Shown: piece by piece, positions 23,929 to 36,702 of the stretch
How positions within the stretch are numbered: the first letter of the stretch is position 1
How the letters are laid out: each line of letters starts with the position of its first letter
Source: Squalus acanthias
Lineage: Eukaryota
Assembly (NCBI GenBank): GCA_030390025.1
Contig: CM059433.1
Location: 26,538,001-26,602,000, forward strand
Direction of reading: 5' to 3'
DNA: 64,000 bases
Notes under the pieces: model-generated
Told to the model about the DNA's origin: nothing
Database searches by the model: none
What the model saw: the letters and a program-made list of their open reading frames with translations, nothing else
Program-made: the position numbers and the translations under genes

Positions 23929-24714
23929 CTAATCACCATTATGCATTCCCTTAGTGACTGTCTTGTGTGTGCCTTTGCCTATCCTACCAATGTCACGCAG
24001 TGCTACCCCAGTGGCTGCAGCATGGCTGGTGGAAGGCTGCCGACTTGCAGGTCGACCTTGAGGATCTGGTGGCTGGGAGTGTGAAATCGAATGACGGTGT
24101 TTCTTCTTCTCACTCTCCTCTCCCTCTTCTTGGTCAACCACTGGCTGGCAGGCTGCATTTCTTGGGTGTGTGAAATGAGGAAGGCACAAGGGTGGAGTTG
24201 TGGCGAAGGGAGGGTGGGAAAGCAAGAGGTGCATGCGAGAAGGAGGATAACGTATGAGGATACCAGCATCTTGTAGCCTTTCAGCCCCACCACTAGCCAA
24301 GGGCTCAGCTATGCCCCTGCCAAGAATGGCCAGCGCCGTCTCCTCCAAGGGGGTGAAACGAAGCTAGGAATGGGAGGTGTGCCTCATGTTTGGTACGGAT
24401 TGTTGGTAGGGGAGTGATTGGGTGGGGGAGTCATGCATTGAGCAGTGTGTGAGACTAGTGGTGCAGTTGGTAGGAGACGGCTTTTGAAGATGCATTCACT
24501 GACCTGAACCTCTGGTCTGAGGTCATGAAGCTTCTTTGGGCACTTGCATCAGATCGTGGGAGCGACACTGCTGGCAGTGACAGCCTCGGTGATCTGGCCC
24601 CACATCATTCTTTCTGGAGGGCCTCCTGGCCCCTGTGGGTAGAGGACCCCCTGCACAAAGCTGGAGTGCTGCTTGCGAGACCCTGGGTGTTCCTTCCTTG
24701 GCTTGTTGAGCCAT
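23929..24714 (-). pseudogene. Heavily deleted Harbinger Myb/SANT gene
   Basis: MAQQAKEGTPRVSQAAL..., TPLEETALAILGRGIAEPLASGG and RQPSTSHAAATG match the Myb genes at 12947 and 15465. Confidence 0.7.
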
Positions 24715-24864
24715 TTGTGTTAGTGCTTGCAATATATGTGGGTAGAACAAATGAAGGACAGAGACACGATGAGTTGCTAGTCCATGTGCTTGCTTTATTA
24801 GGCCAGAGTGAACGGAGCATGCTCATACCAAACCTTGTGATAAATCACATGATAATACATTACA

Positions 24865-24880
24865 TTGCTTTCCCCCCCTT
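24865..24880 (-). promoter_or_regulatory. Polypurine tract of the Gypsy element
   Basis: AAGGGGGGGAAAGCAA immediately 5' of the 3' LTR on the minus strand. Confidence 0.8.
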
Positions 24881-25160
24881 AAAAAAAAATATATTCCCTC
24901 TCAAATACAACAAAGCTTTCCCAGCATTACATGTACCACATAACAAAAACACCTGGCTTTTTTTCTTTAGATGAACGGCAAATCCAGTTTAATAACAGGT
25001 TTGCGGATCCTTCCAGACGTCCTTACAGAAGGTTTTGCTGTTGAACCAATTTTCAGGCTGTTTTGTTTTGGTTCCAAACTCAAAGATGATCCTGTTTCTA
25101 TCTCAGACTTGTTTGAACCTATATGTTTCACTTCAATCCACTTTGAATGACTATCTACAA

Positions 25161-25494
25161 GTGCCAGGAAGGATGTTCCCGATGGCCGGGGAGTCCAGAA
25201 CTAGGGGTCACAGTCTAAGGATAAGGGGGTATTAGGACTGAGATGAGGAGGAATTTCTTCACCCAGAGAGTGGTGAACCTGTGGAATTCTCTACCACAGA
25301 AGGCAGTAGAGGCCAATTCATTAAATATATTCAAGAAGGAGTTAGATATATTTCTTAAAGCTAAAGAGATTTGGGGAGAAGGCAGGGACAGGGTACTGAA
25401 TTTGATGATCAGCCATGATCTCATTGAATGGCGGAGCAGGCTCGAGGGGCTGAATGGCCTGCTCTGCTCCTATCTTCTATGCTTCTATGTTTCT
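25161..25494 (+). mobile_element. 5'-truncated CR1 3' end inserted in the Gypsy integrase
   Basis: RTRGHSLRI, FFTQRVVNLWNSLP and a (TTCTATG)n tail. Confidence 0.9.
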
Positions 25495-26012
25495 CACAGA
25501 AGTCTACATGTACTCTCTGAAAAGGTCTACTTGGCCATGACCAGGGTTGTAGTGGAGTTTTGGGTGGTTTATTTCTGCATGTTTGGCAAACGCTGCATTT
25601 GCTGACAAGTGATTCAAGATCACTGTCCAATCCAAGCCAGTAAACAAAGATCCTTGCAATTGATTTCATACTGACGATCCCTGGATGTTCAGTATGAAGT
25701 TTGGCCAGAATTCTATCTCTCAAAGAAGTAGGTACCACCACTCTGTTTCCCCTCTTGATACAACCTTACTCACAAGACAATTCAGTACAACGGTTATGGA
25801 ATGATTTCAATTCTGTGTCCAGATACTGATCAGTTCATCCATTCAAGGTGTTTTCATACACTCTTTTCAGTATTGAGTCCTTTTGAGTCTCATTTGCAAT
25901 CTCAGTTGCATTCACGGGAAAGTCTTTGTCAACTGCACCTAACATAAAAATAGCACCTTCACTCCCAACACGAGTCTTCATGTGGCAACCTGGACAAGGC
26001 ATCTGAGATAGT

Positions 26013-26771
26013 GAGCCAAAAATTCGGCCCTTCCCGGGTGAGTACACAGTGCGTACTCACCCGTACTGCGTCCCGAAGTGCCGGTTTCCTGCATGCACTG
26101 CGCATGCGCGGGAAACCGGAACTTCCGGTCTGGTGAAGGGAGCGGTTCCTAGGTGAACCGCGTGCACGGTAGAGGCTGCGCGCACGCAGCGAACTTAGAT
26201 TTTTTTCAGGTTTCTACGGGAGGGTAAGTATTGAAGAACCTACGCTTTTAAAAAGGAGGCGCAGGACCCATTTTCAACAAGGTAAGTGGTTAATTAAGTA
26301 TAATTTAAAAAAAATTTCAACAGGTTTATCTTTTTTAGATACTTTAAAGAAAGGTAAGTTTATTTTTATCACTTTTAAAAAGTATTTTAATTTTTTCAAA
26401 AATTTAAATTTTTGTTTAAAGTGGTTAATTAACTATAGTTATTTTATAAATGTGATGCGGTTTTTTAAAATTTATTTTAAGTTTAGCTGTTCTTTTGGGG
26501 CCGATTTCAATTCACAGATTTGACAGCTCTTCCTGTCAAATCTATGAATCAAAGATGGTCTGCTGCCATTGGCTCTCCGTGGCCCACGTGATCCCAGGGG
26601 ACGCATCGCACTAACTACGCCCCTGGGACACGCAAGCACTGCGCGCCGGCTCTTGGAGCAGGACCAGGAGCTGAAGTTCCCGTGGGCCCAAAACACAACG
26701 GCAGGCACGGTAGGTAAGTGCGCGCGCGATCCTTACCCCCGCGGCAAGCCAGAGTGGCGAATTTCTGGGCC
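26013..26771. mobile_element. Harbinger MITE, family B, inserted in Gypsy pol
   Basis: GAGCCAAAAATTCG ... CGAATTTCTGGGCC with (T)AGT duplicated. Reverse-complement homologue of 55840-56501. Confidence 0.85.
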
Positions 26772-29630
26772 TAGTTTTACTTTGAAGTGCGATATTCAAT
26801 TGTGTAGTCATATTGTGACAACAACACTGCCCAATGTTGCATTCTTGATGCGGCCATTGCAGGGATGGCAGATTTGGGCCCCAATATTGTTAGGAGCGGT
26901 TTGTGATCAGTTATCAGGATAAACTTTCTGCTGATCAGGAACTGTTGGAATTTCTTGATTCCAAACATTATGGCGAGTGCTTCCTTTTCAATTTGCGCGT
27001 AGTTTCTCTCGCTCTTTGTGAGGGTTCGCGATGTGAATGCGATTGGTTTCTCTTGGCCATCATCTATTACATGGCTTATGACAGCTCCCACACTATAGCT
27101 GGAAGCAAAACACGTTAACTTAAGTTCACACTCTGTGTCGTAGTGCACAAGTAGAGCATCGCTAGAGAGACTTCTCTTACAAGCATTGTAAGCTTCCTGT
27201 TGCACTTTCCTCCACTTCCACTGAACATCCTTCTTGAGGAGCTCGTGCAATGGAACTAACATGGTCGCTAACTCAGGTAAGAAACGTGCGTAGTACTGGA
27301 CCATTCCAAGGAAAGATCTTAACTCAGACACGTTCTGTGGCTTTGGAGCATTGATGACAGCATCACCTTTTCCTTCACTGGTTGCAAGCCATGTGCATCA
27401 ATTTTCAGACCAAGGTACACAACCTCGGACTGCACAAAAGCACATTTGCTCCTTTTCAATTTGACATTGTGGGCATTCACCCTTCGAAGCACTATATCCA
27501 ACACTTCTAGATTTTCTTCCTCGCTGCTTGTTGCGATCAGCACATTGTCTTGATTGCATATGCAATTTGGAACTCCTTGCAAAATTTTATTCATCATAGC
27601 CTGGAAGATTTTGGGGGAGGACTTTACACCATACGGCAGATTGGTGTATGAGTACAGTCCCTTGCGTGTGTTGATGGTGAGATACTGTTGACTATCTTTG
27701 TCAACATTCAGCTGAGCATAAGCGTGCGACAGGTCAAGCTTGGAGAAAACCTTTGACTCAGAGAGTGCTGCATACAAATCTTGTGATGTCGGTAACGGGT
27801 ACTGCTCATCGTCAACTGCTTGATTGATAGTAACTTTGTAGTCACCGCACAAGCGTAGAGTTTTGTCTGCTTTGGGCACTACTGCAATCAGGGTAGCCCA
27901 TTCACTTTTGTCAGTTTTTACTAGCACTCCATTCTCTCTGAACTTCGCTAGTTCTTCCTCCACCTGACTTTTCAACACATAGGGGACTGGCCTTACCTTA
28001 CAATAGACAGGCTTCACTTTAGACCTGATGCGGATATGCGCGTCATACCCAGTGATGCCCTCATAACTGTCTGTGAACATGCTAGCGTACTTGTTCAGCA
28101 TAATGTTGAGTTGCTTCTTTGAAGCATCTACACTGAAGATGTTTTTCCCGTCTAGTTTTAATTTTCTCAACCAATCTTTGCCCGTGAGAGTTGGCCTGTT
28201 GTTGTAGCTCGCTACAATAATAGGCAGCTTTACTGACTGGCCATTGTGTTGAACTGTACATTCCATTTGTCCACATGTCTCTAGGATTTCTCCGGAATAG
28301 GTTTTTAACTCTACGTTACTCTTTGTAAGTGGTATTTGATTAAACTTACTCTCATATGTGTCCTTACTCATGATAGAGCAGTCCGTCGCCGTGTCGATAC
28401 ACATATCAATATGTTGGTCATTGATCAAAAGTTTTGTACGGAAGTCTTTCTCACAACTGCTAGTGTTGCCATTAGTGGCATAGATACTGTAGATGCCTAG
28501 CTCTTCAACATCAGGCGTGTTCACTTCAATATTGTGAATTCCTCCCTTTTGTTGTCGCTGTTTTGCATTGCCACTAGAATGGTTCTTACTTCCTGCTTCA
28601 GATCTAGCTCTGCAAGCTGTTGAAATATGGCCTTGCTTCTGGCAGTGAAAACACCACACTTCTGTATTGGCAGGACTGTGGTGAGTGATTTCCATTACAG
28701 CGATAACAATTCACTGAACTGCTATCACTGACATGCTTTTGACTCGGTCTCACAACTTTAGGTTTGGCGGTGGCTTTGTGACTTTGACCTCAGCTGTACT
28801 AGTCACTTGAGTTGGACGGAGCTCCCTAGCATTCTTAGACACCATCTCCATAGATAGGGCAATTTTGCATGCTATGTCAAACGTTAGGTTCGGAGTGTTC
28901 AGTAACTTGGACTGTGTGCGCTCATCCACCAGTCCACACACAAACCTATCTCATAACGCACGATCCAAAAATGTGCTGAAGTTACAATGCAAAGACAGGT
29001 TTTTAAGAGCTACAATGTATTCACTGATGGTTTCAATTTGTTTTTGGTTTCTGGTACCAAACTTATAGCTCTCTGCTATTTCTAACAGCTTTGGGTCAAA
29101 ATGGTCCTTGAGTTTCTCGACAATGTCTTCAAACGACGCATCCTTCGCTTTCCCTGGCGCGAGTAGGTTTGTCAACGTTCTGTAGACATCTGCCCGATCT
29201 CCGTTACAAAAATTGCTTTCTTCCGTTCACGAATTACTTTATTTTGAGCTTGAACATTCTCATCTGCACCTTCAGTCTCAATAATGTTATTGTCCTTAAA
29301 AAACATCTCCATCCGCTCAATGTAAGAACTGAATGGTTCGTGAGCTCGATCATACATGCCGAGGCTTTCAATTAATCCTGTAGGCGTGGCCATGATTGTC
29401 CCGATCCTGTTGAACAGTGACTCAGCACGCTACCTGTGTACCTGTGAGAATCAATGCCGCTGTTGCTGTGTATACATACACACGAAGGCGAAGCACAGAC
29501 GATTCTGCATGAGCATTAACGGTAAAACATCGCAAAAATTCAGTTTAGGTGTCACAAATTCGCTTTAAACTTGTCCACTCGAAGGTTGAACACTGTGTCC
29601 TTCCATGATCCCTAAAAATGGCTTTGGGAT

Positions 29631-29646
29631 CACATCCTTGTCGCCA
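29631..29646 (-). promoter_or_regulatory. Primer-binding site, tRNA-Ser(GCU)-type
   Basis: TGGCGACAAGGATGTG lies 3 nt after the 5' LTR. Vertebrate tRNA-Ser(GCU) ends ...CCCATCCTCGTCGCCA (2 mismatches in 16). Confidence 0.75.
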
Positions 29647-31884
29647 AAATGTAATATATATGGGTAGAACAAATGAAGGACAGAGACAGGATGAGTTGCT
29701 AGTCCATGTGATTGCTTTATTAGGCCAGAGTAAACTGAGCATGCTCATACCAAACCATGTGATAAACCATGTGATAATACATTACAGTGCTGAAGCACTT
29801 TTAGCATTTTTTAGGTGCGGAAGGCAATTCAGCTTTAAGAACTAAAGACTCCCATTTGGAAATTCTTTTTAATGTTAATTATTTTTTCAGAAGGCAGTTG
29901 AGAGCTAAAAACTGCCTATTTTGACATGATTTTTATTTTATCATTTCAGAAGGCAGTTCACCTTTAAGGGACCGAACTGCTTTCTGAAATGACAACCTTG
30001 CTTTAAGAGAAGGTTGTTCTTGCTGCAATGGCGCTACGGCCACAGTACATTGGGACCTCCTGCTGGGACTAATGCCACCAGGACGGCGTTGCACAGTGAG
30101 TTTAGCGCTGGGCTAATGTTAATTAGCTACCAGCGCCAATTTACCAGTCCTGCCAGCGCCATTATTTTCGGTGGTCGTTAACACCAGCTCGCGGTGGCAC
30201 CGGCAGGTTTTTACCAAAAACAAATTTCTATGTCAGAGTGGCTGAACACCTTACACTTTCAGCTGATCCGAGAGAGCCAGCATGGATTTGTAAATGGTAG
30301 GTCATGCCTGACTAACCTGATTGAATTTTTTGAAGAGGTGACTAAGGTAGTGGACAGCAGAATGTTGATGGATGTTATTTATATGTCCTTTTCAGAAGGC
30401 ATTTGCAAAAGTCGCTCATAAGAGACTGTTAGTTAAAGTTGAAGCTCATGGAATTGAAGGCAAATTATTGACCTGGTTGGGAAATTGACTGAGTGGCAGG
30501 AGACAGAGAGTAGGGCTAATGGGCAGTTATTCTAATTGGCAGGATGTGACTAGTGGTGTCCCGAAGGAGCGATTTTGAGTCATCAACTATTCATCATATT
30601 TATTAACAACTTAGATGATGGGAGAGAAAGCCACATGTCCAAATTTACCGATGACACAAAGATAGGCGGCATCATAAGCAGTGTAGATGGAAGCATAAAA
30701 TTCCAAAGAGATATTAATAGATTAAGTGAATGTGAAAAACTGTAGCAAATGGATTTCAATGTAGGCAAATGTGAGGTCTTGTAAATGGTGAAAAGCTAAA
30801 AACAGTGAAGGTTCAAAGAGACGTGGGGGTCCAGGTACATAAATCATTAAAATGTCATGAACAGGTACAGAAAATAATCAAAACGGCTCATGGAATACTG
30901 GCCTTTATATTTCCAGGACTAGAATACAATGTCGTAAAACTTATGCTACAGCTATACAAAACCCTGGTTAGACCACACCTGGAGTACTGTGAGCAGTTCT
31001 GGGCACCACACCTTAGGAAGGATATATTGGCCCTGGAGGGAGTACAGCGTAGGTTTACCAGAATGATACCTGGACTCCAAGGGTTAAATTAGGAGGAGAG
31101 TTTACACAAACTAGGGTTGTATTCCCTGGAATTTAGAAGGTTACGGGTGATTTGATTGAAGTTTTCAAGATATTAAGGGGAACAGATAGGGTAGATAGAG
31201 AGAAACTATGTTCACTTGTTGGGGATTCTAGGACTAGGGGGCATAGTCTAAAAATTAGAGCCAGACCTTTCAGGAGTGAAGTTAGGAAACATTTCTACAC
31301 GCAAAGGGTGGTAGATGTTTGGAACTCTCTTCCACAAAAGGCAATTGATGCGAGGTCAATTAGTAATTTTAAATCTTAGCTTGCTAGATTCTTGTTAACC
31401 AAAGGTATTAAGGGATATGGGGCAAAGGTGGGTATATGGAGTTAGGTCACAGATCAGCCATGATTTCATTGAAAGGTGAAACAGGCTCGAGGGGCTAGAT
31501 GGCCTACTCCTGTTCCTATTTTCCTAAGTTCCATTCAGACTATGGAAAGTAGGGCTCTCCTTGTTCATTTCTAACAAAACTCCTGGGCCAGGAATTCATT
31601 AATATGAATAAAAAAAATTGCTCGTTGAACTTCTACACGGACTCCCATCTCACCAAAGGTTTTCCATGCACATTAGCGCAGGCCTACTGAAGGAAATATC
31701 TAGCCCAGTATAAATATCCAGAGTTGCCACAGATACTATTTGCATTTTGGATAAAAGTAAGCATTCTTTAATTATGATTTGAACCACAGGATTATGCTAC
31801 ATCCTTGGATGTGCTTATAGCTATCTCTTCTGTACACAGTACATGTAAAATAATTTGTTATCTGTACCTTCCTCCCAATCATGT

Positions 31885-32190
31885 GGAATTATAGAAGGAG
31901 GCCATTTGGTCCATCATGCCTATGCTGGCTCTCTGAAAGAGCTGTCCACTTGGTCCCATTCCCCTGTCATTTCCCCATACACTTCTACATTTTTCTTTTT
32001 CTCTCAAATGTTTATCCATTTCACTTTTAAAAGCTATTATGGAGTGTGCTTCCACCAATTGGTCGGGCATTTCATGTCCTAATAATCTTTTGCATAAAAA
32101 AATCCTAACCTGTCCCTTTGTTCTTTTGGTGATCATCTTAAATTTATGCCTTCAGTCACCAACTCACTGACCAGAGGAAATATTCACCAT
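31885..32190 (-). mobile_element. Old CR1 3' end
   Basis: VEAHSIIAFKSEMDKHL C-terminus and CR1 3' UTR. Confidence 0.65.
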
Positions 32191-32399
32191 AAATCACTAT
32201 TGGCACTTCAGCTGTTGAGTGTGCAGTGAGATATTCTTGGGTGGATTTGCTGAGGAGGCAGGAGAGAGGATGTAAGGTGTTTCTGGGAGAGCATTAGGGG
32301 TTTGTACGTGAAGCATGGTTTTCCACGTTTATTGTTGGGTTAAGTGAAGATGCTGGTGCGGGGAGGATGATAATACCGGTGAATGGATCCAGAAAAGGG

Positions 32400-32870
32400 T
32401 TGTGCAATGAAGGCCTCACAAATTGCACTTGCAGCTTCTGCAGGTCCCTGAAGGGGTCTGTCCTGAGCCTCCTCTGCACCGTGGTCACCTGCACCTCACA
32501 TCTGGTCTTCAGCATTCTGTTGTTGGCCCTCAAGTTGTATTCCTCTTTCACTGGCAATGTTGTGAAGAATGCAGGAAACAACAATGATTTGGGAGACGTT
32601 TGCAGACAGGCATGCAGCAAGCAGCCATGTTGCTTCAAAATGCCCTTTTGGAATCATGTGTATTATCTTCTCTCAGCTGGCGTGCCAGGATGACACAAGG
32701 GATTTGGTGCTTAGGATCGCCAAGGAGCCAACCTTTTACTTTATTTTGATCTGCAAACAGATGATTGCCTCAGAATGAACACATCATGACAGTTGCTTGG
32801 ATATCTGACGGTCACTTGTAATATGCAGTGGTGATTGTCACACACACCAGCTGGACATTTAAAGGGCCCT
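32400..32870 (-). pseudogene. Ancient HARBI1-like transposase relic (C-terminal half)
   Basis: Minus-strand pieces LNVQLVC, RYPSNCHDVFILRQS, GWLLGD and NVSQIIVVSCILHNIA match the transposase at 47130-48790. Confidence 0.75.
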
Positions 32871-33769
32871 CAGAAACTCTGGGAAATCCTATTACATGAT
32901 AGACTCCAAGAGCCCTAGCCTGGACATCCCTCGCCTCCATTAGACACATTATGGCCTAGAAATCGGATTGAAGGATCCAATATGGCATGCGGCATGTGCA
33001 TGCTCATTCCACACCAGATATGCGCCGTACATTGGTTAGGGTGCCCTGTAGTCACACCCGCGTTAGGCCCATTGCCTATGCAAATCAGGGGCCTAACACT
33101 TGTTTTTGAGGCCCCTTTCCATATTGGATCGCGACTGACCACTGCAGACAACGTACCTGCTGCGATCAGTTTTCCCAAGCAAACAGCAGTCTTTAAATGG
33201 ACAACTGGAGCCTGCCACCAAAAAGGTAAGCAAAAAATATTTTAGTTACCTGAATGTGAAGTCAGAAGGAGCCGGAGTGCTTCACCTGACTCCCAATTAA
33301 AACTGTGAGCCACGGTTCAACGACCCCGCCCACCCCGCTCCGCCCCCACCATTGCCGGTTTGCTCCGCCCCCGCACCCCCAACTTCCCAGATTCACGGTA
33401 GGCCCCGTGTACGCATCCCCGCCAGCCGACCTCTGTCTTCTTCGCGGCCAACACATTGCCCCTTGGGGCGCATCTGGCTTCCCCAGCATGCTGGTCACGT
33501 CCCAATGACACCAGAAGACCATTTTTGCATGGTCCTCTTTCTCAGCAATTACGGTGCAGTGATTCGTATCCTCTGGCACCACTTCCATACCCCAGGAAAA
33601 TTGAAAGATTATGATCAGAGCCTCCGCTATTTCCACCCTTACTTCCGTTAGCAACCTAGGATGCATTCCATCCGATCCAGGTGACTTTTCTGCTTTGAGC
33701 CCTACAACCTTTTAAGCACCTGGCGTCGGACGTGAATCAATTTCTCGACCTACAGATTTGTTGGTTGGC

Positions 33770-34135
33770 ATAAACAGGGCATCTGCCACTTGCAGGATAT
33801 ACATGTGCTTCAAGGACACCCTCAAAGCCTCCTTGAAATAGTGCAACATCCCCACCGACACCTGGGAATCCCTGGCCCAAGACCACACAAAGTGGAGGAG
33901 GTGCCGAACACCTCGAGTCTTTTCGCTGGGAGCAAGCGGAAGCCAAGCACAAACAGCGCAAGGAGCGCACGTCAACCCAAGCACCCCACCCGCCCCTTCA
34001 CCCACCATCTGCTCCACCTGTGACAGAGACTGTAGGTCCCGCATCGGGCTCATCAGTCACCTGAGAACTCATTTTTAATGTGGAAGCAAGTCATCCTCGG
34101 TTCCGAGGGACTGCCTAAGAGAAGAGAAGAGAGAG
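33770..34135 (+). mobile_element. RTE-clade LINE 3' end
   Basis: FKDTLKASL..CNIPTDTWESLAQD..KWR, C-terminal CSTCDRDCRSRIGLISHLRTH, and an (AGAGA)n tail. Confidence 0.8.
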
Positions 34136-34479
34136 TACATGTGCACTGATGACAGAAAGATATTTGACGTGCTACCTGTGCCATACTGGACTGACCCCGA
34201 TGCAAAGAGGTTCAATGCAGTGGTAACTTTTACTGCTACAAGGAGGGCCGGTCAAGCCATATATGGAGGCAGAAAGTTGTCCTGCAGCAGGGCACAAGGT
34301 TCTCCTGCCACCTCTTTGGTAAAACATAGGCTTTGAAGGCTCCTCAGTTGAGTCTAAAAATATTCTATCACAAAAATCGTTGCTGCGTTGGTAACACCAG
34401 GTTACCTCCTTGGCATCTAAACATGCTTCTTGGCCCTCCTTCTATTCCTTCAAATAAGCTGGTATAAGGGAAGTTCAAA

Positions 34480-34980
34480 AGCTAAAAGGGTTAAATTATG
34501 AGGACAGGTTGCATAGACTAGGCTTGTATTCCCTTGAGTATAGAAGATTAAGGGGAGATCCAATTGAAGTTTTTAAGATGATTAAAGGAGTTGATAGGGT
34601 AGCTAGAGAGAAACTATTTTCACTGGTGGGGAGTCCAGAACAAGGGGCATAGCCTTAAAATTAGAGCCAGGCCGTTCAGTGGGTGATGTCAGGAAGCACT
34701 TCTTCACATAAAGGGTAGTGGGAATCAGGAACTCTCTCCCCCACAAAGTTGTTGAGGATAGGTCAATTTAGAGATGGGCAATAAATGCTGGCCTTACCAG
34801 TGACACCCACATCCCATGAACGAATAAAAAAAATTGAAAATCTCAAAACTGAGATCGATAGATTTTTGTTAGGCAAGGGTATTAAGGGTTACGGAATCAA
34901 GGCAGGTAGATAGAGTTAAGATACAGATCAGTCTTGATCCAATTGAATGGCGGAACAGACTCGAGGAGCTGAATGGCCAA
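34480..34980 (+). mobile_element. CR1 3' end containing a ~60-bp HER1/HE1-type tail insertion (~34769-34832)
   Basis: CR1 C-terminal motifs. The inserted TAGAGATGGGCAATAAATGCTGGCC...GAATAAAAAAAA matches the tail at 36638-36702. Confidence 0.75.
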
Positions 34981-35611
34981 GAGATTGTTTAAAACTTTTC
35001 AGGTGCTCCTGATCTGCGATCAGCAGAAATTAAGGAAAGATGGGCACAGGGAAGGAGTGAAATAGGGCTCCTATTTCCACCTCATTTAAATTTTTGGGCC
35101 TATTTCAGATGCTCCTAATCACAGATGAAGTGGAGGCAAGGAGGAAAGTCAATCACAACAGAGGTGAGGAGAAATTCTGACATTGTCAGTCAGCACTTCA
35201 ATTTCTCCCGTTACAGGCGTGCGTTTCTCGCTGCCTGGTTGTCTTCTATGCGCTGCACCCTAGCAATCCAATGGGGGGGGGAGGGGTTCGCTGTGGGGTG
35301 GGGGAGGAGGGGATATTGGATCTCATTGCACCTGTTTTTCGGGCGCGAAACGGGAGCCTGATGTTGCGGGGCTATATCTTCGTGGCGAGCACACCTGAAA
35401 AACGCCTGATGCCATATTCATTTGGCTGATATTCTGCCATCTGCAGTAGCCACCTTCAACAGGCATTAGGCCCCTTGTATATGCTAATGAGAAACTGATC
35501 CCCTCTTTAAAGACCCCTGTTGGAAATTCGTCAGCACTTGGCCTGCTTCGCTCAGTTTTTTGCTTCTTTCTGCTGTCTAACTTACCATTATGTGGAGCTA
35601 GGGAGAGCAGA

Positions 35612-36702
35612 AATCAATGGGAACCAGGGGGAAACGCTCCACTGGCTGGAGTCATACCTGGCACAAAGGAAGATGGTTGTGGTTGTTGGAGGCCAATCAT
35701 CTCATCTCCAGGACATCGCTGCAAGAGTTCCTCAGGACAGTGTCCTAGGCCCAACCATCTTCAGCTGCTTCATCAATGACCTTGCCCCCATCATAAGATC
35801 AGAAGTGGGGATGTTCGCTGATGACTGCACAGTGTTCAGTTCCATTCGCAACTCCTCAGATAATGAAGCCGTCTATGCCCGCATGCAGCAAGACCTGGAC
35901 AACATTCAGGCTTGGGCTGGTAAGTGGCAAGTAACATTCGTGGCACGCAAGTGCCAGGCAATGACCATCTCCAACAAGAGAAAGTCTAACCACCTCCCCA
36001 TGACATTCAATGACATTACCTTCATCGAATCCCGCACTATCAACATTCAGGGGGGTCACCATTGACCAGAAACTTAACTGGACCAACTACATAAATACTA
36101 TGGCTACAAAAGCTGGTCAGAGGCTGGGTATTCTGTGGCGAGTGACTCACCTCCTTTCCACCATCTACAAGGCACAAGTCAGGAGTGTGATGGAATACTC
36201 TCCACTTGCTTGGATGAATGCAGCTCCAACAACACTCAAGAAGCTCGACACCATCCAGGACAAGCAGCCCACTTGATTGGCACCCCATCCACCACCTTAA
36301 ACATTCACTCCCTCCACCATCGGCGTACCGTGGCTACAGTGTGTACCATCTACAAGATGCACTGCAGCAACTCGCCAAGGCTTCTTCGGCAGCACTTCCC
36401 AAACCCGCGACCTCTTCCACCTAGAAGGACAAGGGCAGCAGGCACATGGGAACACCACCACCTCCAAGTTCCCCTCCAAGTCACACACCATCCTGACTTG
36501 GAAATACATCACCGTTCCTTCATTGTCACTGGGTCAAAAACCTGGAACTCCCTCCCTAACAGCACTATGGGAGTACCATCACCACACGGACTACAGAGGT
36601 TCAAGAAAGCGGCTCACCACCACCTTCTCAAGAGCAATTAGGGATGGGCAATAAATGTTGACCTTTCCAGCGACGCCCAGAACCCATGAATGAATAAAAA
36701 AA
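35612..36702 (+). mobile_element. HER1-type (CR1-group) LINE, 5'-truncated
   Basis: VPQDSVLGPTIFSCFINDL, FADD and YKAQVRSVMEYS motifs; tail GGGATGGGCAATAAATG...GAATAAAAAAA. Family name from memory of elasmobranch LINEs. Confidence 0.85.

Larger units (their letters stand above)
24967..29393 (-). pseudogene. Gypsy gag-pol (frameshifted; integrase core deleted)
   Basis: Gag MATPTG... with two Zn knuckles (CYRCNGNHSPQSC, CFHCQKQGHISTAC). Protease IDTATD. RT YPLP, LDLSHAY, YGVKSSP, NQDN. RNase H NYAQIEKEAL, TDHKPL. Integrase HHCC and WPSRPFQRVHVDF, then VDSHSKWIEV followed by a deletion to the C-terminus. Confidence 0.9.
24728..29786 (-). mobile_element. Ty3/Gypsy LTR retrotransposon (Mag-clade/K02A2.6-like) provirus
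   Basis: 137-bp TG...CA LTRs at 24728-24864 and 29650-29786 (10 differences counted by eye), 5-bp TSD GTGCT, PBS, PPT and gag-pol motifs. Confidence 0.95.
22867..30234 (-). mobile_element. Decayed Harbinger hosting Vingi-like, Penelope-like and Gypsy insertions
   Basis: GGCCTAGAAATTCG ... CAAATTTCTATGTC with TSD AGA/AGA; the host CR1 rejoins as GGAT-AGA-GTGG. Internal Myb remnants at 23929-24714 on the minus strand. Confidence 0.75.
21545..31530 (+). mobile_element. CR1 LINE ORF2 (5'-truncated, decayed), split by insertions at 22095-22842 and 22867-30234
   Basis: ESPGPDRIHPRV, DWKIAHVTLLFK, NYR, SQHGFVNGRSCLTNLIEFF and LYKTLVRPHLEYC motifs, with a (TTCCTA)-type tail at ~31515. Sequence is continuous across both inserts. 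Confidence 0.9.
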
